Shown here in pieces: positions 40,159-49,178 of a stretch of 64,000 nt of DNA. The DNA is taken from NCBI GenBank assembly GCA_963666345.1, contig OY762721.1, forward strand, positions 2,368,001 to 2,432,000, in the 5' to 3' direction. The notes below the pieces were generated by a model that saw only the letters and a list, made by a program, of their open reading frames with translations, was not told the DNA's origin and ran no database searches. The position numbers and the translations under genes are program-made. This stretch comes from Desulfatiglandales bacterium. Lineage in GTDB: Bacteria > Desulfobacterota > DSM-4660 > Desulfatiglandales > Desulfatiglandaceae. The first letter of the stretch is position 1, and the number at the start of each line of letters is the position of its first letter.

Positions 40159-40956
40159 TCATTCTTTTAGAAGATCAAGGAATCCTTCAAGATCGGTGTC
40201 GCTGCGGATCCCGAGCCGGGTAAGCGCAAAATCAAATTTAACGGGGTCATCCGGTGAAACAAGCCTGAACGCCTCGGTTATTTCAAGGGCCGTTTTTATA
40301 TCCGCACTGTTTCGATTTGAAAAACCAATGGATCCGCAGATCCTGTGCATATGAGTATCAAGAGGAATTACAAGTCTTGATGCCGGTATGCCGCTCCAGC
40401 CGCCCGGATCGACATTGTCTCTTCTTATCATCCACCTCAGGAAAAGATGAAGCCTCTTGCAGGCGCTTCCCCTTTCAGGCAGAGGCATGAGACTGTTGCA
40501 GGAATTACCGCAAAAAGCCGTTAATTCCTTCATAAAAAAGGACAGGGCCGGGATTATGTTGTCGTGCTCACTCCTGTATCCTTCAAGCATGCATCGGTTA
40601 AGAGAGCCGTACCTTTCAAGTACCCTCTTTATTCCAAGGAGCATGGCCGATAATTCCTCGCCGGTCGTAAAACGGTGTCTGAATCCGGCAAAAAGCTCAT
40701 GCAGCCTGGAGTCCACGGCGTTTTTTATGAAATCAGAGGGTGAGGGGCCCATTTTCCGGAGAACCATGCCGACGCTTTTGAGAATCTGGGCTACCCTGCC
40801 GTATGCCAGAGAGGACGCTATAAACCCGACTATCTCCATATCGGCAGGTTCGGCGTATCCGTAAAGATACTCCAGGGGATCTGGATGCACCCATTTTCTT
40901 GAATTAAAGGTCTTATAGAGCCTTTCAAGTTCAACCGGTTTTTTTGATGGATTCAT
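40159..40956 (-). CDS. TIGR02757/DUF2400 family protein
   Basis: DP, LAYG.V, SACKRLHLFLRWM.R...VD.G.W, PLDTH, DPVKFDFAL. Confidence 0.92.
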   Translation of the reverse strand: MNPSKKPVELERLYKTFNSRKWVHPDPLEYLYGYAEPADMEIVGFIASSLAYGRVAQILKSVGMVLRKMGPSPSDFIKNAVDSRLHELFAGFRHRFTTGEELSAMLLGIKRVLERYGSLNRCMLEGYRSEHDNIIPALSFFMKELTAFCGNSCNSLMPLPERGSACKRLHLFLRWMIRRDNVDPGGWSGIPASRLVIPLDTHMHRICGSIGFSNRNSADIKTALEITEAFRLVSPDDPVKFDFALTRLGIRSDTDLEGFLDLLKE

Positions 40957-41155
40957 ATAAAAGGTCGCCGGGTTTATATTTGAGATTTTTCTCCAATTTA
41001 GAAAAGAGGGCCCCTTGAACCTTCCGGGGGACATCAGCTGGGAATAATTTATTTGTTTTTCCCGGTGAACCGCTACTGATCGGGAGGTGGTCCATATCAA
41101 AGGTTCCTTAATATATAATCATTAAAACCGTCTTTTAAATCACCCGGTGGCTTTC

Positions 41156-41184
41156 TTGACACCCGGTATGCATTAAAATATATT
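41156..41184 (+). promoter_or_regulatory. sigma70 promoter of purB
   Basis: TTGACA-N17-TATATT. Confidence 0.75.
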
Positions 41185-41261
41185 TAATAAATTGAAGATA
41201 AATGCTTCGATCTTCTCCTGGCGCCTATTTGTTTAGCCAGTTAATAACAGGATGATAAATC

Positions 41262-42614
41262 ATGAAAAATATTTCCCTTCAGGCCATCTCACCGGTTGAC
41301 GGCAGGTACAGAAGATCGACTGAAAAGCTGGCAGACTATTTTTCCGAATCAGCCCTTATCAGGTACAGGGTGCTGGTGGAGGTCGAATACTTCATCGCAT
41401 TGTGTAATCTCCCTTTACCTCAGCTCAAAGGTTTTGACAAAGGGCTTTTTACCCTTCTCCGCGGGTTTTATGGGGATTTTTCCCTGGATGATGCACTCAG
41501 GGTAAAGGAGATAGAAAAGGTCACAAATCATGATGTAAAGGCTGTCGAGTATTTTCTGAAGGAAAAATTCGAGGATCAGGGTCTAAGCGGGTTTGCTGAA
41601 TTCATACACTTCGGTCTCACCTCTCAGGATATCAATAACACGGCAATGCCTCTTTGTCTGAAGGAGGCATGGAATGAGGTCGGGTTACCCTGCCTTGAGG
41701 AGGTCCTTGACTGCCTCACTCAAAGGGCCGTGGAATGGAAGGACCTGCCCATGCTCGCCCACACGCACGGTCAGCCGGCTTCCCCAACCAGGATGGGCAA
41801 GGAGCTCTATGTCTTTGTGGAAAGGCTCAACACGCAGATGGAAATGCTCAGGGCCGTGCCCTTTTGCGCGAAATTCGGTGGGGCCACAGGCAACTTCAAC
41901 GCCCACCATGTCGCCTATCCGGAAATAGACTGGGTGGCATTTGGAGACGATCTGGTCGGAAACGCCCTCGGTCTCAAACGGCTGAGCGTGACCACGCAGA
42001 TAGAGCATTACGACAACCTGGCCGCGTTTTGTGACAACTTAAAGAGGATAAATACGATTCTGATCGATCTTGACAGGGACATATGGGCCTATATCTCCAT
42101 GAACTATTTCAAGCAGAGGATCAAAGAGGGTGAGGTAGGCTCTTCCGCCATGCCGCACAAGGTAAATCCGATCGACTTCGAGAATTCGGAAGGAAATCTG
42201 GGTGTGGCCAACTGCCTGTTTGAGTACCTTTCATCAAAACTTCCCATCTCGCGGCTCCAGAGGGATCTCACCGATTCAACGGTAACTAGGAATATCGGTG
42301 TGCCCCTTGCCCACACCCTGATCGGCATGAAATCCCTGATAAGGGGTTTTGGAAAGCTGATCCTGAATGAGGAAAAGATAAATTCGGATCTTGAGGCAAA
42401 CTGGGCCGTGGTTGCAGAGGCGATCCAGACGGTCCTCAGGCGGGAGGGGTATCCCAGGCCGTATGAGGCACTTAAGGAGCTTACGAGAAAAAACCGGGTA
42501 ATCAAACAGGATGTGATCCATACCTTTATCGACGGGCTCGAGGTCACAGACAGCGTCAAGGAAGAACTGAAGAGAATTTCCCCGTACAATTACACGGGAA
42601 TCTGTACGTTTTAG
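41262..42614 (+). CDS. purB: Adenylosuccinate lyase
   Basis: SPVDGRY, TNHDVKAVEY, HFGLTSQD, THGQPA, GSSAMPHKVNPIDFEN, SRLQRDLTDS. Confidence 0.97.
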   Translation: MKNISLQAISPVDGRYRRSTEKLADYFSESALIRYRVLVEVEYFIALCNLPLPQLKGFDKGLFTLLRGFYGDFSLDDALRVKEIEKVTNHDVKAVEYFLKEKFEDQGLSGFAEFIHFGLTSQDINNTAMPLCLKEAWNEVGLPCLEEVLDCLTQRAVEWKDLPMLAHTHGQPASPTRMGKELYVFVERLNTQMEMLRAVPFCAKFGGATGNFNAHHVAYPEIDWVAFGDDLVGNALGLKRLSVTTQIEHYDNLAAFCDNLKRINTILIDLDRDIWAYISMNYFKQRIKEGEVGSSAMPHKVNPIDFENSEGNLGVANCLFEYLSSKLPISRLQRDLTDSTVTRNIGVPLAHTLIGMKSLIRGFGKLILNEEKINSDLEANWAVVAEAIQTVLRREGYPRPYEALKELTRKNRVIKQDVIHTFIDGLEVTDSVKEELKRISPYNYTGICTF

Positions 42615-42631
42615 GCGGGAGCTGTTTTATT

Positions 42632-43168
42632 TTACGCCCTTGCCTTGATCCTTTTCAGCTCGGAGACAATCGAATCCCCGGGTTTGCTGAGTGCCGCAAG
42701 CGCCCCTGTGGTGAATTTCGCGACAATCTCCCCGAAGATGATGGAGACCAGCATCGGGGGGGCGAATACTCCCAGAAAGGCGATAAGATTGAACAGGATG
42801 CTGTCAAGGGGGATGCTCACGAGGTTCGACCCGGTAACCCTCTGGATCCAGGGCCTGTGGAGCAGCCTCTGGTATATTTCGGTGTCCGCTGTTTCGCTCA
42901 GCACAATGGCTATGAAGGATGCCGTAATAATCCGCCATTCAACCCCCAGGAAAATCGACTCAAGCACCATGCCCACCGCGGCTATCATTATCATGGAGTA
43001 GACCCACTTGCGGCCATACCTGTGTACCCTGTCTCTCTGCGTGAAGGTCACACCGAACACGAGGGTCCCTACCGAGAGAAGTCCGAATACGGGAAGAGGC
43101 ATGAACCATGTGGCCGTAAGGTTGGCGACCAGCACGGCTGCTATGTAAATGACCATGGACGTTATCAA
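42632..43168 (-). CDS. VUT family transporter (YhhQ-like, queuosine precursor)
   Basis: AN, G.TF..RD, RI..ASF.A....E..D..IY, SN.VS..LDS.LF..IAF.G. Confidence 0.85.
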   Translation of the reverse strand: MITSMVIYIAAVLVANLTATWFMPLPVFGLLSVGTLVFGVTFTQRDRVHRYGRKWVYSMIMIAAVGMVLESIFLGVEWRIITASFIAIVLSETADTEIYQRLLHRPWIQRVTGSNLVSIPLDSILFNLIAFLGVFAPPMLVSIIFGEIVAKFTTGALAALSKPGDSIVSELKRIKARA

Positions 43169-43280
43169 ATTTGGATCATCTCCCGATTAGGTGGTGTTAA
43201 ACATGGCTAAATAAAGAAATCCTTTTTATTTAAGCGGCTGAGACCTCGCAGGATTCAAGGGGTCGAGGATTCTTCGCTTT

Positions 43281-43377
43281 GCTCAGTCCCACCCTTCGAC
43301 CAACTCAGGGCGGGTTCCCGGTTTCTTTGCTCCGCTTGCGCTTCGCTCAGTCCCACTGCTTCGCAGCGGGTTCCCGG
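43281..43377 (+). repeat. Two tandem copies of REP-like palindromic repeat GCTCAGTCCCAC-hairpin-CGGGTTCCCGG
   Basis: Copies at 43281-43321 and 43345-43377; others at 45910-45950 (-), 57755-57787 (-), partial at 30197-30213. Confidence 0.88.
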
Positions 43378-43411
43378 TTTCAAGCATTCCAGTGCTTCAT
43401 TGAAACGGCGG

Positions 43412-43583
43412 ATGAAACCGCTAAAGCATTAGAAAGATTTAAAGCTGTTTCAGAAATCCTGGAAACTCTTTTCAGGTATATAGAATAAATGAAAAAATCT
43501 CAAATAACATAAGGTACGCAGAGATCAATAAATTGTTAAAAATACCGATAAAGTCTTTAGAAAACAAACCCTTGAACCATTGA
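43412..43583 (+). pseudogene. Internally deleted four-helix-bundle (23S rRNA IVP-like) gene remnant
   Basis: N-part MKPLKH*KDLKLFQKSWKL and C-part AEINKLLKIPIKSLENKPLNH*; flanked by inverted octamer arrays. Confidence 0.6.
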
Positions 43584-43826
43584 CTCCTTGTGCCCTTGGA
43601 CCCTCTTCGCCAACTAAGTTGGAGAAGAACTTCAAATATTTTGCTCCTTTTAGCTCTCCGGGATAGGTGAAAACAAGTACCCCATGGGATAAAAAATGTC
43701 AATCCGCTACCCTAATTACTGAGGGGTCACCTGATTTACCTGATGAATTTCAACCTGATCGGAAGATGTTCCTTATTGAATAAAATTGCTCCCAAGAACA
43801 AAAGCGTTTTATACTATTATGCCTAT

Positions 43827-44849
43827 TTATCCGAAAAGGGCAATGTTTGGAGGGGAGAGGATATCAGGGTCTTTTTCAAAAAAAACCTCAAGGACCTCCC
43901 TGACCTCATCCATTGAGCAGGCCTTGAGGATCTTTGATCTGAGGGTGTGGCCAAACCTGAAATTGGCCGCAAAATAGGCAGAGAAAAGCCTGAATCTCCT
44001 GAGTGCGACGGTTTGTTCAAAATATTTTGAGAGCAGTTCAGCCATTCTGAGCGAGGATTCCCTGTATACGCCTTTTTCAGGTTTGAAATCGTCCGTCCAT
44101 TCGGCAAAGACCCATGGTCTTGAGGCGGCAAGCCTTCCGAGGGCCACCCCGTCGCAGCCTGTCTGGTTTATCATCCTGAGGCACGCCCCGGCGTCAAAGA
44201 CATCGCCGTTTCCAAACAGGGGAATAGAAACGGCCGATTTTACCTCGCCTATGTACTCCCACCTTGCCGGTCTTGTCCTCATGTCCGGTGCAATCCTGGG
44301 ATGAAATGTGAGCGCGTCTGCTCCCGCCTGTTCAAAGCGCCCGGCAAGTTCAACCGCGATGCTGGTGTCTTTCTGCCAGCCGGCCCTGAATTTCACGAAA
44401 AGAGGTATGGATATGGCCTTTCTAACCGTGGAAACGATCCTTTCAGCCAGAGGGGGGTCCTTTAAAATGGCTGCTCCCAGATTTTTCTTGCACACAGTGG
44501 CGGCCGAGCACCCGAAATTTATATCGAGTCCAAAAAATCCTTCCTCTTCCACATGGCGGGCGGCCCTTGCCATGATATCAGGCTCGTTTCCGAAAATCTG
44601 GCATACAAGCCGGGGTAGCTCCCTCGGGTTCCACCTGAAACCGGATGGACCGTGTCCCTTTGCGCTCGGAATCGACCTGGCTCCCGTCATCTCGGTGAAC
44701 AGAAGGCCGCAGCCCCCGAAAGAGGAGACAAGCTCTCTGAAGGCAAGATTGCCGATCCTCGCCATGGGGGCAAGGATAAGCCTCTTATCTATGACCTTTC
44801 CCCCTATCTTGACTGGGCGGTTTAAAAGCCTTTTGAGTTCGTTTTCCAT
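43827..44849 (-). CDS. tRNA-dihydrouridine synthase family protein
   Basis: LAPM, TEM, QIFG, DINFGC, VKFR.G, HPR, GNGDV, CDGVA.GR. Confidence 0.92.
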   Translation of the reverse strand: MENELKRLLNRPVKIGGKVIDKRLILAPMARIGNLAFRELVSSFGGCGLLFTEMTGARSIPSAKGHGPSGFRWNPRELPRLVCQIFGNEPDIMARAARHVEEEGFFGLDINFGCSAATVCKKNLGAAILKDPPLAERIVSTVRKAISIPLFVKFRAGWQKDTSIAVELAGRFEQAGADALTFHPRIAPDMRTRPARWEYIGEVKSAVSIPLFGNGDVFDAGACLRMINQTGCDGVALGRLAASRPWVFAEWTDDFKPEKGVYRESSLRMAELLSKYFEQTVALRRFRLFSAYFAANFRFGHTLRSKILKACSMDEVREVLEVFFEKDPDILSPPNIALFG

Positions 44850-44892
44850 CTATCCGTATCTACCGGCATCCCATGTTTGAAAACTGAATGAA

Positions 44893-45288
44893 TTATGAAA
44901 CGGGCCACTCTCCCCGCTCCTTGAGCACGTCTTTAAACACGGAAAGTGCTTCGTTTACCGCGGGCATCCCGGCATAGGGGGCGACCTGAAAAAATATTTC
45001 CGTAAGTTTTTTGGGGTCGCATCCCACGTTCAGGGCGGCATTGACATGCAGGCGCAGTTCATCCCCGGCCCTTATGGCGGCCAGCATGGCACAGGCTGCC
45101 ATCTGCCTTTCAGGCAGGGTGAGCACGGTGCGGGAGTAGAGATTCCCGGTTATGAACATGGAAAAATCGTTTGCAAGGTCCCTGTCGAATTCCTTCCACA
45201 TCATATAAGGGGGGTCGATCTTCGCTCCGTCTTTGAACAGTCTGGTTGCTGTCCGCCTGGTTGTTTTCCTTAATTCCTCCTCTTTCAT
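44893..45288 (-). CDS. Carboxymuconolactone decarboxylase family protein
   Basis: LYSR..L...ERQ, EL..H..AALNVG, E...QVA.YAG.PA. Confidence 0.9.
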   Translation of the reverse strand: MKEEELRKTTRRTATRLFKDGAKIDPPYMMWKEFDRDLANDFSMFITGNLYSRTVLTLPERQMAACAMLAAIRAGDELRLHVNAALNVGCDPKKLTEIFFQVAPYAGMPAVNEALSVFKDVLKERGEWPVS

Positions 45289-45590
45289 TTCTCCGGCTCC
45301 TCCTTTTCGGGTAAGGGTTCCACATACTTTACCGACCGTTTGTTCAGGATTTCCGCCTGCTCCTCAATGCCGAGGCCCGTTCTTCTGGCTATTTTTTTAG
45401 CCTGGTTAAGGGAGTAATAAAAGTTGAATATGATACCGATCACAACGGATGCGGCAAGGGCGTACCATTTCCACAGGAGGAGTCCCAGGATGCCTGCCAG
45501 GATTATGAGGATGAGATATATCATACCGTACTTGCGTGCCCTGTCGCTGGCCTCCAGGACAAGTTTTTCCGCCTTCCTGTTTTTGTCCAT
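45285..45590 (-). CDS. Small membrane protein, unknown function
   Basis: Two TM segments; overlaps next gene by 4 nt (ATGA). Confidence 0.7.
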   Translation of the reverse strand: MDKNRKAEKLVLEASDRARKYGMIYLILIILAGILGLLLWKWYALAASVVIGIIFNFYYSLNQAKKIARRTGLGIEEQAEILNKRSVKYVEPLPEKEEPEK

Positions 45591-45840
45591 ATACTTTTCC
45601 CCTGCGCTTGTTCCTCAAGTTTATGAATGGTTATATATGGGCCTTTCTTTAATACGGTTTTCTGAAAATGGTCTGTCAGGCCTGATTTTTTATTAATATA
45701 GTCCGTAAATTTATATATTTCAAAAGGGTGTCGCAAGTCCAGAGATATGCCGAGATCCCGGTTCACGTTTGATTGCGCCTCGATCAGGGGGACAAACGTC
45801 TTGACATAGGGATTTTCAAAAATAGAATAACCCCATAATT

Positions 45841-46133
45841 TTGATGAATTCGTAAAAAGAAATAATTGAGACGGCAAAGTAAAAAGTTCCAAATGCAAGG
45901 CTTGCGCTTCCGGGAACCCGCCCCGAGCCTGTTGAGGGGTGGGACTGAGCAAGACCTTTAGGGCCTTGCAAAGAATCTTGAGGAATGAGGCGTGCTTATC
46001 CCGCTTCCGGCGGGACCGCAATGATTCACCCTGTTCAATCGGCTAGGTCGTCTCGCACAGCGAGAATTGAACAGGGCGAGGATGAAGCATAATCCCGCGT
46101 GGCGCGGGATTGGATTTTTTACGAGACCGTCAA
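45841..46133. mobile_element. MITE with nested palindromic insertions
   Basis: Imperfect TIRs TTGATGAATTCGTAAAAA / TTTTTACGAGACCGTCAA; no coding capacity; several internal hairpins. Confidence 0.75.
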
Positions 46134-46153
46134 TCTTTAAGCTGGGGAGCAGT

Positions 46154-46567
46154 ATGTCACAGACTGAATGGCATGAAACGCAAATTCGCGTCCGCTACAA
46201 GGACACCGACCGGATGGGGGTGGTCTATTACGGAAATTACCTGACCTTTTTCGAGGTGGGAAGGACCGAGTTTATGCGGGACCTTGGCCTTTCCTACTCA
46301 AGCCTCGAGGCGGAAGGCTATGCGCTGGCGGTGACCGAGGCATACGCGAAATATCATGCAAATGTGGATTATGACACAAAAATTATTGTCAAAACCGCCA
46401 TCACAAATTTGACGAAGGTACGTGTCAGATTCGACTATGAGGTGATCGACCGGGAGGAAAATATCCTGGTAACCGGCTACACGGTCCACGCCTCAATTAA
46501 TGAAAACAAGAAGGCGGCAAGAATTCCCGCTTCACTGCGTGATCTGATAGAAAAGAGCCTGAAATAG
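46154..46567 (+). CDS. Acyl-CoA thioesterase (YbgC/FadM, 4HBT fold)
   Basis: RVRY.DTD.MGVVYYGNYL.FFEVGR; GGGGAG before ATG 46154. Confidence 0.93.
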   Translation: MSQTEWHETQIRVRYKDTDRMGVVYYGNYLTFFEVGRTEFMRDLGLSYSSLEAEGYALAVTEAYAKYHANVDYDTKIIVKTAITNLTKVRVRFDYEVIDREENILVTGYTVHASINENKKAARIPASLRDLIEKSLK

Positions 46568-46691
46568 AGTGCCTCCATGGACCGGTGATTACGCTTTTCC
46601 ATTTTTCCCTGCCCGCTCTGCAGATTTGCCCTGAAAATCTACAGATTATTAACCTAGTGCTCATCCATAAATAAATTCTGGGCACGAGTGA

Positions 46692-46831
46692 GTTTCCAAT
46701 CCAGAAACGGGATATTTTTGCAAGATCAAGGACATCAAGGGATTACGCGGAGGCGTAGTGGACTACGCCGCACAAGTGATCCCGCAGATTGACGCAGAGA
46801 TTGTGAAAAAGAGCCATTTATAGATGGAAAC
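46692..46831. mobile_element. MITE
   Basis: Imperfect TIRs GTTTCCAATCCAGAAACGG / CCATTTATAGATGGAAAC, central GGCGTAG-TGGA-CTACGCC hairpin, overall long fold-back. Confidence 0.7.
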
Positions 46832-46835
46832 CAAC

Positions 46836-48089
46836 CTAGAAAGTATAGGCCAGGGATATAGCCGCCATGTGCGTCTGCTGGCTGTAGGAGCCGTTTGAAG
46901 TGGCAATGGCATTGTTTTTGTCCCGCCCCTTGTAGCGCTGATAAGCATAGGTGAGAGAGCCTGTGAGGTTTTTAAAGCTCTTGGAGACGCCCAGGCTCAG
47001 GAGGTGCTTCTGGGCATCCGATATGGACGGCTCAAATGTCTCATCATTCACAGGGCTCCCGTCATAGAGGTAACCGAACAGGAGATCGAGCCCCTCGTCT
47101 ATCCTGTATTTTCCTCCCGCATTGAATGCGTAGTTGTCGCCCCAGTTCTTGGCTACTACAGACATTGTCTTTCCGGCTACCGGGGTATCAAAGAAAAGGG
47201 TGAGGTCCTCGTAGCAGGACCACTCCTCCCACCTGCATCCGATCTCAAAGACAAATGAGTCTGTAACCTGAAATGCAAGACCCGCAAAGGCCTGTGCAGG
47301 AAGGTTTATTTCGCCGTGCCCGGTGGTGTTGTTCAAAATGGGAGGCACCTGGGGAGTGAACTCGATATCCCCTTCCACCTCAAGGTCAAATCCGCTTCTG
47401 TACGACAGTCCGAAAGAGATCCTGTTTGTAATCTTGTAGAGGAGCCCCAGGTTGAACCCCCATGCGTCCCCGTCCGCTTCAAACTTTCTGTTCCCGTCTA
47501 TAGGTCCGAGCGGAAACTTGTTTTCAAGCCTTATGTCGGCAGTTAAAAAATCAACGCCTGCGGCCATCGTGAATCTGTCAGTCACGCGCCAGGCCATGCT
47601 CGGGTTTACAAGGAAGGACTGCATCTCACCCTCGGTGCTCAGGTATCTTCCCTCCCATGCTGATGGCCATTCGTTTCCCAGGCCGAAAGGGTTGTTTATG
47701 CCCAGCCCGGCAGTGAACCTGTCATTTATGTGCCAGGCTGAAAAAAGCGTAAAAGGTGTGCCGAGGTTGGATTCCGATTCAGTGGTAAGCCCGCTTGTAG
47801 AGCTTGTAAATTCCTTTGAAGGGGCAATGAGCACTACCCCTGTTTCGACCTGATTGCCTTTGAGTTCCGAAAGGGTGGCCGGGTTGAAAAAGCTGGAGGT
47901 AGGCCCCTCGGGACTTGCCACGACCGAGTTTCCTCTTGCAAGCTCTCTTGCTCCGTGGGTGTAGACCGCAAAACCGCCCGCCGAGGCGTAAAAGGGCGTT
48001 ATGAGGACCGCCCAGCCTGCAAGCGCAAGGGTCAGCAGGCAGGTGTACAGGTGTTTGTATTTATTATGTGCCCTTTTTTGTTTTTCCAC
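46836..48089 (-). CDS. OmpP1/FadL/TodX outer-membrane transporter
   Basis: GF, NPA motif, PFGL, beta-barrel pattern ending in Y.F. Confidence 0.92.
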   Translation of the reverse strand: MEKQKRAHNKYKHLYTCLLTLALAGWAVLITPFYASAGGFAVYTHGARELARGNSVVASPEGPTSSFFNPATLSELKGNQVETGVVLIAPSKEFTSSTSGLTTESESNLGTPFTLFSAWHINDRFTAGLGINNPFGLGNEWPSAWEGRYLSTEGEMQSFLVNPSMAWRVTDRFTMAAGVDFLTADIRLENKFPLGPIDGNRKFEADGDAWGFNLGLLYKITNRISFGLSYRSGFDLEVEGDIEFTPQVPPILNNTTGHGEINLPAQAFAGLAFQVTDSFVFEIGCRWEEWSCYEDLTLFFDTPVAGKTMSVVAKNWGDNYAFNAGGKYRIDEGLDLLFGYLYDGSPVNDETFEPSISDAQKHLLSLGVSKSFKNLTGSLTYAYQRYKGRDKNNAIATSNGSYSQQTHMAAISLAYTF

Positions 48090-48376
48090 AGTGCCACCTC
48101 CGGAGTAGATCTTGATTTTACTCAGCTCAGGTACCGGTGCGTGTATCAGTATGAAGATCCTTTCAGTTCCCGGTTAAAGATGCCGCTCAAGGTACTATAG
48201 CCATATGGAAGCAAAAGTAAAGGGAGAGTATCCTTTTTCGGAATGTGTCTCGGTTCTGTGGCTGGAACCTGCTTTTTTTATCATTATTCAGGCGTGGCCG
48301 ACTCAAAATCCGGGATGCTTCGTGCCTGAAAATAACGGCAAAATGAATTAATATTTTTTTTAATGAATTATACTTC

Positions 48377-48419
48377 TTGACAAATGAACATGGGTTCATA
48401 TATTTGAAATGGAATTCAT
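48377..48419 (+). promoter_or_regulatory. sigma70 promoter with overlapping TetR-type operator
   Basis: TTGACA-N16-TATATT with palindrome ATGAAC-ATGG-GTTCAT (48384-48399) in the spacer and a weaker copy at 48404-48419. Confidence 0.7.
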
Positions 48420-48435
48420 TCAGAAGGAGAATCCT

Positions 48436-49056
48436 ATGCCGAAACCAGCCGGAAAGAGGAAGGCCGCCTGGGAAGAGATGATGAAACAGTCGATTTTTGA
48501 GGCCACCGTGTCGGTAATGAAGGAGCATGGTCCTGCAGGCATACGCATGGACCTTGTGGCAACGGCTGCGGAAATAGCCACAGGGACCCTTTACAACTAT
48601 TTCAAGGATAAGGACTCCCTGCTTCTTCATGTCATCGATACACTGTTTAATCCATATCATGAACAATTGGATGCCATACTAAAGAGCAACATGGATCCAA
48701 AGGACAAACTTGAAGCCTATTTTGGGCTTTCATGGCGGACTTTCAGTGAGCAGAGGGATCTTATCGCCATTCTTACTCAGGCAAAAGATCTGGGGCTTAA
48801 ACAGGGTTCGGGGAAGGACCCCGAAGAGCATTACCGGGTAACGGTTATCAAAATAATTCGGGAGATCATCGAAGAGGGAATCAACAAGGGTGTTTTCCGC
48901 AGATGTCACACCTTTGAAGCCGCCGCCATGGTTTTTGCCTCTGTCGACGGAGTTATGGAGCTAAAACTCAGGGGTCTGGCCCCTGAAAGGGCTGTAGAGG
49001 AGGATGTCCAGGATTGCATGGCCTTTATCCTTCCGGGTATTCTTGCACCTGCCTGA
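48436..49056 (+). CDS. TetR/AcrR family regulator
   Basis: VA.AA.IA.GTLYNYFKDK HTH; AAGGAG RBS. Confidence 0.94.
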   Translation: MPKPAGKRKAAWEEMMKQSIFEATVSVMKEHGPAGIRMDLVATAAEIATGTLYNYFKDKDSLLLHVIDTLFNPYHEQLDAILKSNMDPKDKLEAYFGLSWRTFSEQRDLIAILTQAKDLGLKQGSGKDPEEHYRVTVIKIIREIIEEGINKGVFRRCHTFEAAAMVFASVDGVMELKLRGLAPERAVEEDVQDCMAFILPGILAPA

Positions 49057-49178
49057 AGCAGTAAATGTCATAAGTGAATTGTTACAAATACCGGGTCCCA
49101 ATCTGACTGTGCAGCCATCTTTTAGGGTTGGGAAGGGAAACAAATAATTTCATTGAACATCAGAGTGTCGGAGGTCTT

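Noticed and set aside
43169..43250. preQ1 riboswitch upstream of the VUT transporter
   Set aside because: A-rich tract present but no closing stem matching preQ1-I
43281..43377. Tandem repeats as a mini CRISPR array
   Set aside because: Only two units, variable part is inside the palindrome, copies dispersed, no cas genes
43729..43759. Three ACCTGAT copies / CTGATGA hammerhead core
   Set aside because: Irregular spacing; no GAAA core or supporting stems
45521..46021. 166-aa minus-strand ORF and ORFs at 43279, 43472, 46763
   Set aside because: Read through MITE/repeat DNA
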